NCBI GenBank assembly: GCA_049999805.1
Contig: JBNGIO010004459.1
Location: 1-41,120 of the forward strand
Length of the DNA: 41,120 nt
Source: Folioceros fuciformis
Taxonomy: Eukaryota
Reading direction: 5' to 3'
Position numbers and translations under genes: made by a program. The number at the start of each line of letters is the position of its first letter. Within the stretch, counting starts at the first letter, position 1. Shown here piece after piece: positions 38,412-41,120 of this stretch. The notes below the pieces were generated by a model. That model worked only from the letters and a program-made list of their open reading frames with translations, was not told the origin of the DNA and ran no database searches.

Positions 38412-38618
38412 CGTTAGAAACCTATGGGGTTTGTGCAACATATCTACATTAGAGTCTAGAGATTATACCCCAAGGTATATAAAATAGAACCACGACCGAG
38501 GTAATGTTTACCCTTTATCGAGTTATAGTCATGCTTGAAGGTTATATATGTAGGCATGGACTATCAATCTAAATGTATTGAGATGAGGCTTATCTTGGGA
38601 TTCACCGTTTTTCTAACA
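38412..38618 (+). repeat. 5' LTR (~207 bp) of the first Copia element, followed by a tRNA-iMet-type PBS at 38619-38630
   Basis: Termini cGTTAGAAA...TTTCTAACA form an inverted repeat (5' TG appears as CG). Internal TATATAAA. TGGTATTAGAGT follows directly (canonical TGGTATCAGAGC with two C>T changes). Confidence 0.82.
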
Positions 38619-39870
38619 TGGTATTAGAGTCCATGTTCTAAATCCCAAGTCACTTGGCTCAGCAGACGCGTAGAGTACATGGCTCTAACTTATGTAGAAC
38701 TATCTTTGCTTCCTTTGCATTGTGTACTAGGCTACTCAAACTATGAGTTTGTAAGAGTTTGTGCAAGTTAGAGGAGCTTGGTGATAGTTATTGGTGCAAG
38801 GATGAGATCCTGATTGGCCGCGAAGGACGGGAGAATGGAGACACGCTTTCTCAAAACTCGTGCGGTGGAGAAGTTTAGAGGCAAGAACGTCACATTGTGG
38901 AAGTTAAAGACGAAGATGCTTCTCATTGATAAAGGAGTATGGAAATTCGTCGATAAGGGCCTCGATGATGTACCCATAGAAATAGACCTTAACAAGGATG
39001 GACGAGCGTTGGCAACAATCCTGTTGAATGTTTCAGATGACATTCTCTCAATTGAGAAAGTATGCAACGTCGAGAGAAGCTTGGATCACCCTCTGCAACA
39101 CATACGAAAAGAGAAGTATGTTGAGTGCGATGTTGTTGGAGCAACAACTTGCGAACTTCAAGATGGCCAAAGGCGACACCATTCAACGAGATGTCAACAA
39201 GTTGAAGACTTTGTTGGACCAATTGAAGGCAATGGACATCAAACCGACCGACGAAAGGATCCTCGTAGAGCTATTGAGTAGCTTACCATCAACTTACAAG
39301 CCCTTCGTGTCGGCTTTCAAGACATTGGTGGCGATGCGTCCAAGCAACAACCCACTGTCGATGGATGAGGTGGTTGGGTTGCTTTTGCAAGAGGAGTTGG
39401 AGATTTCACCCAAGAGAGCAAAGACTGATGATGCATTTTTCTTCTCCAAGAAAGGCAAAGCAAAAGCGAAGTCCAACCCTGAGGACGAGTACAAGTCCAA
39501 GTCAACGGACAAGACGAAGAAGGACGGTACCAACCTTACGGTGAAAGGATCCTCTTATTATTGCAGGAAGCCAGGTCATCATGCAAAAGAATGCAGAATT
39601 AGATTAGCAGACGAGTCGAAAAAGGACAAATCATCTCAAGCCAATCAAGTGAGTAAGCTGGCTCAACAGGAACAAACTTTTGTGTGCTCCATGGACAGGG
39701 ATCGAGCTACTTCATCACAAAAGGATGAGAGTCTTTACCTTGACTCTAGTGCATCTCAACATTTCACCTACCACCTTCCCTGGTTCACCGGCCACACAGG
39801 ACTCCCAAAGGGCCATACGGTGGCACTCAATGACAATATGTCACATGATATGAAGGGGAAAGGAGTCTTA
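38412..39870 (+). mobile_element. Ty1/Copia LTR retrotransposon, 5' part (LTR, PBS, degenerate gag and protease), interrupted near 39870
   Basis: Gag start VEKFRGKNVTLWKLKTKMLL, frameshift near 39045, mutated zinc knuckle SYYCRKPGHHAKECR, protease motif LYLDSSASQH. Preceded by an LTR and PBS. Confidence 0.9.
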
Positions 39871-40257
39871 TGAGTTCAGTTGCAAGGCAGAACCTCCTCA
39901 CTGAAAGGATCATTAGAGGAGCATGGTGAAGGAGAGGAGAGAAGAAGGGAGGAGGAGAGGAAAGGAGAAAGAGAGGTCTCACAGTGTCTCTCACAGCTCT
40001 ATTGCAAAGGGAGCTCAAGAGGGTATTTATACCCTCTAGAAAAGCTCCCAAGGAAGCTTCACAAGAAGCTCACAGGAAGCTATGCAGGAAGCTTCCTAAA
40101 GATTAGCTTAAGCTAATGATACTTAATTAAACACTAATCTTCAACTAATTACATTAGTCTAATCAAACTTATCACACTAGTTTAATTAGACTAATCACAT
40201 TAGTTTAATTAGACTAATCATATTAGTCTAAGCACATTGGGCTTTAATAACCCTACA
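39871..40257 (-). repeat. 3' LTR of the second Copia element (left boundary approximate)
   Basis: On the minus strand, PPT TTAAGGGGGCGGT (40270-40258) is followed by TGTAGGG. A TATA box sits in the palindrome AGAGGGTATAAATACCCTCT (40037-40018). The left boundary may be the TG at 39871 or at 39851. Confidence 0.75.
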
Positions 40258-41120
40258 ACCGCCCCCTTAAAGGCCAATTTATCTTCATAGGGGAGTAATC
40301 TACCTCACGCCCATGAGTGTCCGAGCTTGTGCGAATTGCTCCGAAGAGAGCCCCTTGGTAAGAACATCTGCAGGGTTCTGACTGGTGTGAACTTTTGACA
40401 AGTTGTACCCTCTTGTCTTCCAACACCTCTCGAATGAAGTGATACTTCACTTCCACATGTTTGGTCTTCGCATGAAACACTGGATTCTTTGCCAATTGAA
40501 TAGCACTCTGGCTATCACAATGCAACACTGGGAGCTTAACCCTGATCCCTAAATCGCCCACTAGACGAGCAAGCCATATGGCTTCCTTGCATGCCTCAGT
40601 TGCTGCAACATACTCGGCCTCTGTGGTAGATAGCGTTATGCATGATTGCAAACGAGATCGCCATGAGACTGCCCCTCCTGCGCACATGAAGACGTAACCT
40701 GATGTGGACCTCCTTTTGTCCATATCCCCTGCATAATCAGCATCCGTATATCCCACGACAGATGCATCTTCACTACCAAAACATAAGCACAAAGCTTTTG
40801 TACCATTCAAGTACCAATGCTTTTTGTACCATGCCAAATGCCTCCCAATGCTTTCTGCCATGGTTTGACATAAACCTGCTAACCACTCCCACTAAAAAGG
40901 CAGTGTCAGGACGTGTAGCAATCATTGCATACATCAAACTCCCTACAGCTGATGAGTATGGAACCTTCTCCATTTCAACTTTGTCCTCTGTAGAGCTTGG
41001 GCAATCCTTGCTCGACAGTTTCACATATGGAGGCAACGGAGAACTTAATACCTTCCCCTTCTCCATATTGAAACGTTGAAGCACCTTGTTAATGTATTCA
41101 GTCTGAGACAAGTACAACAA
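39871..41120 (-). mobile_element. Second Ty1/Copia element in opposite orientation: degenerate RT/RNase H end, PPT and 3' LTR; continues beyond the window
   Basis: YLSQTEYINKVLQRF, VPYSSAVGSLMYAMIATRPD, GYTDADYAGDMDKRRSTSGYVF, LSTTEAEY and KNPVFHAKTKHVEVKYHFIRE. Frameshifts near 40830 and 40395. Confidence 0.93.

Overview
Eukaryotic land-plant nuclear DNA with compact genes, ~80-290 nt GT-AG introns and two 100-N assembly gaps. The style suggests a non-seed plant such as a hornwort, but that is inference only. By manual splicing I reconstructed eight apparently intact protein genes: an intronless NUDT16-type Nudix hydrolase, an EPFL4/5/6 (CHALLAH)-type secreted peptide, ARP6, an ArfGAP-C2 protein (AGD11-13 class), a small 3-exon At5g66780-like stress/LEA-type protein that the ORF track splits, a GH31 alpha-glucosidase/xylosidase, a GIL1/IRK-interacting-type protein, and a TPR-SET protein with a fungal-type N-terminal domain. 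There is also one tRNA-Lys(CTT), a frameshifted ZCCHC10-like copy and several minisatellites. The right end is a three-layer nest: an inverted pseudogene copy of the local GIL1/IRKI gene, interrupted by a Copia element, itself interrupted by a second Copia in the opposite orientation. The best leads are the possibly horizontally shared TPR-SET gene, a miR156 target-mimic-like site in the ~10 kb gene-poor region upstream of EPFL, and an AT-rich block of unassigned ORFs at the left edge. No CRISPR or prokaryotic system is present, and no novel system can be established from sequence alone.
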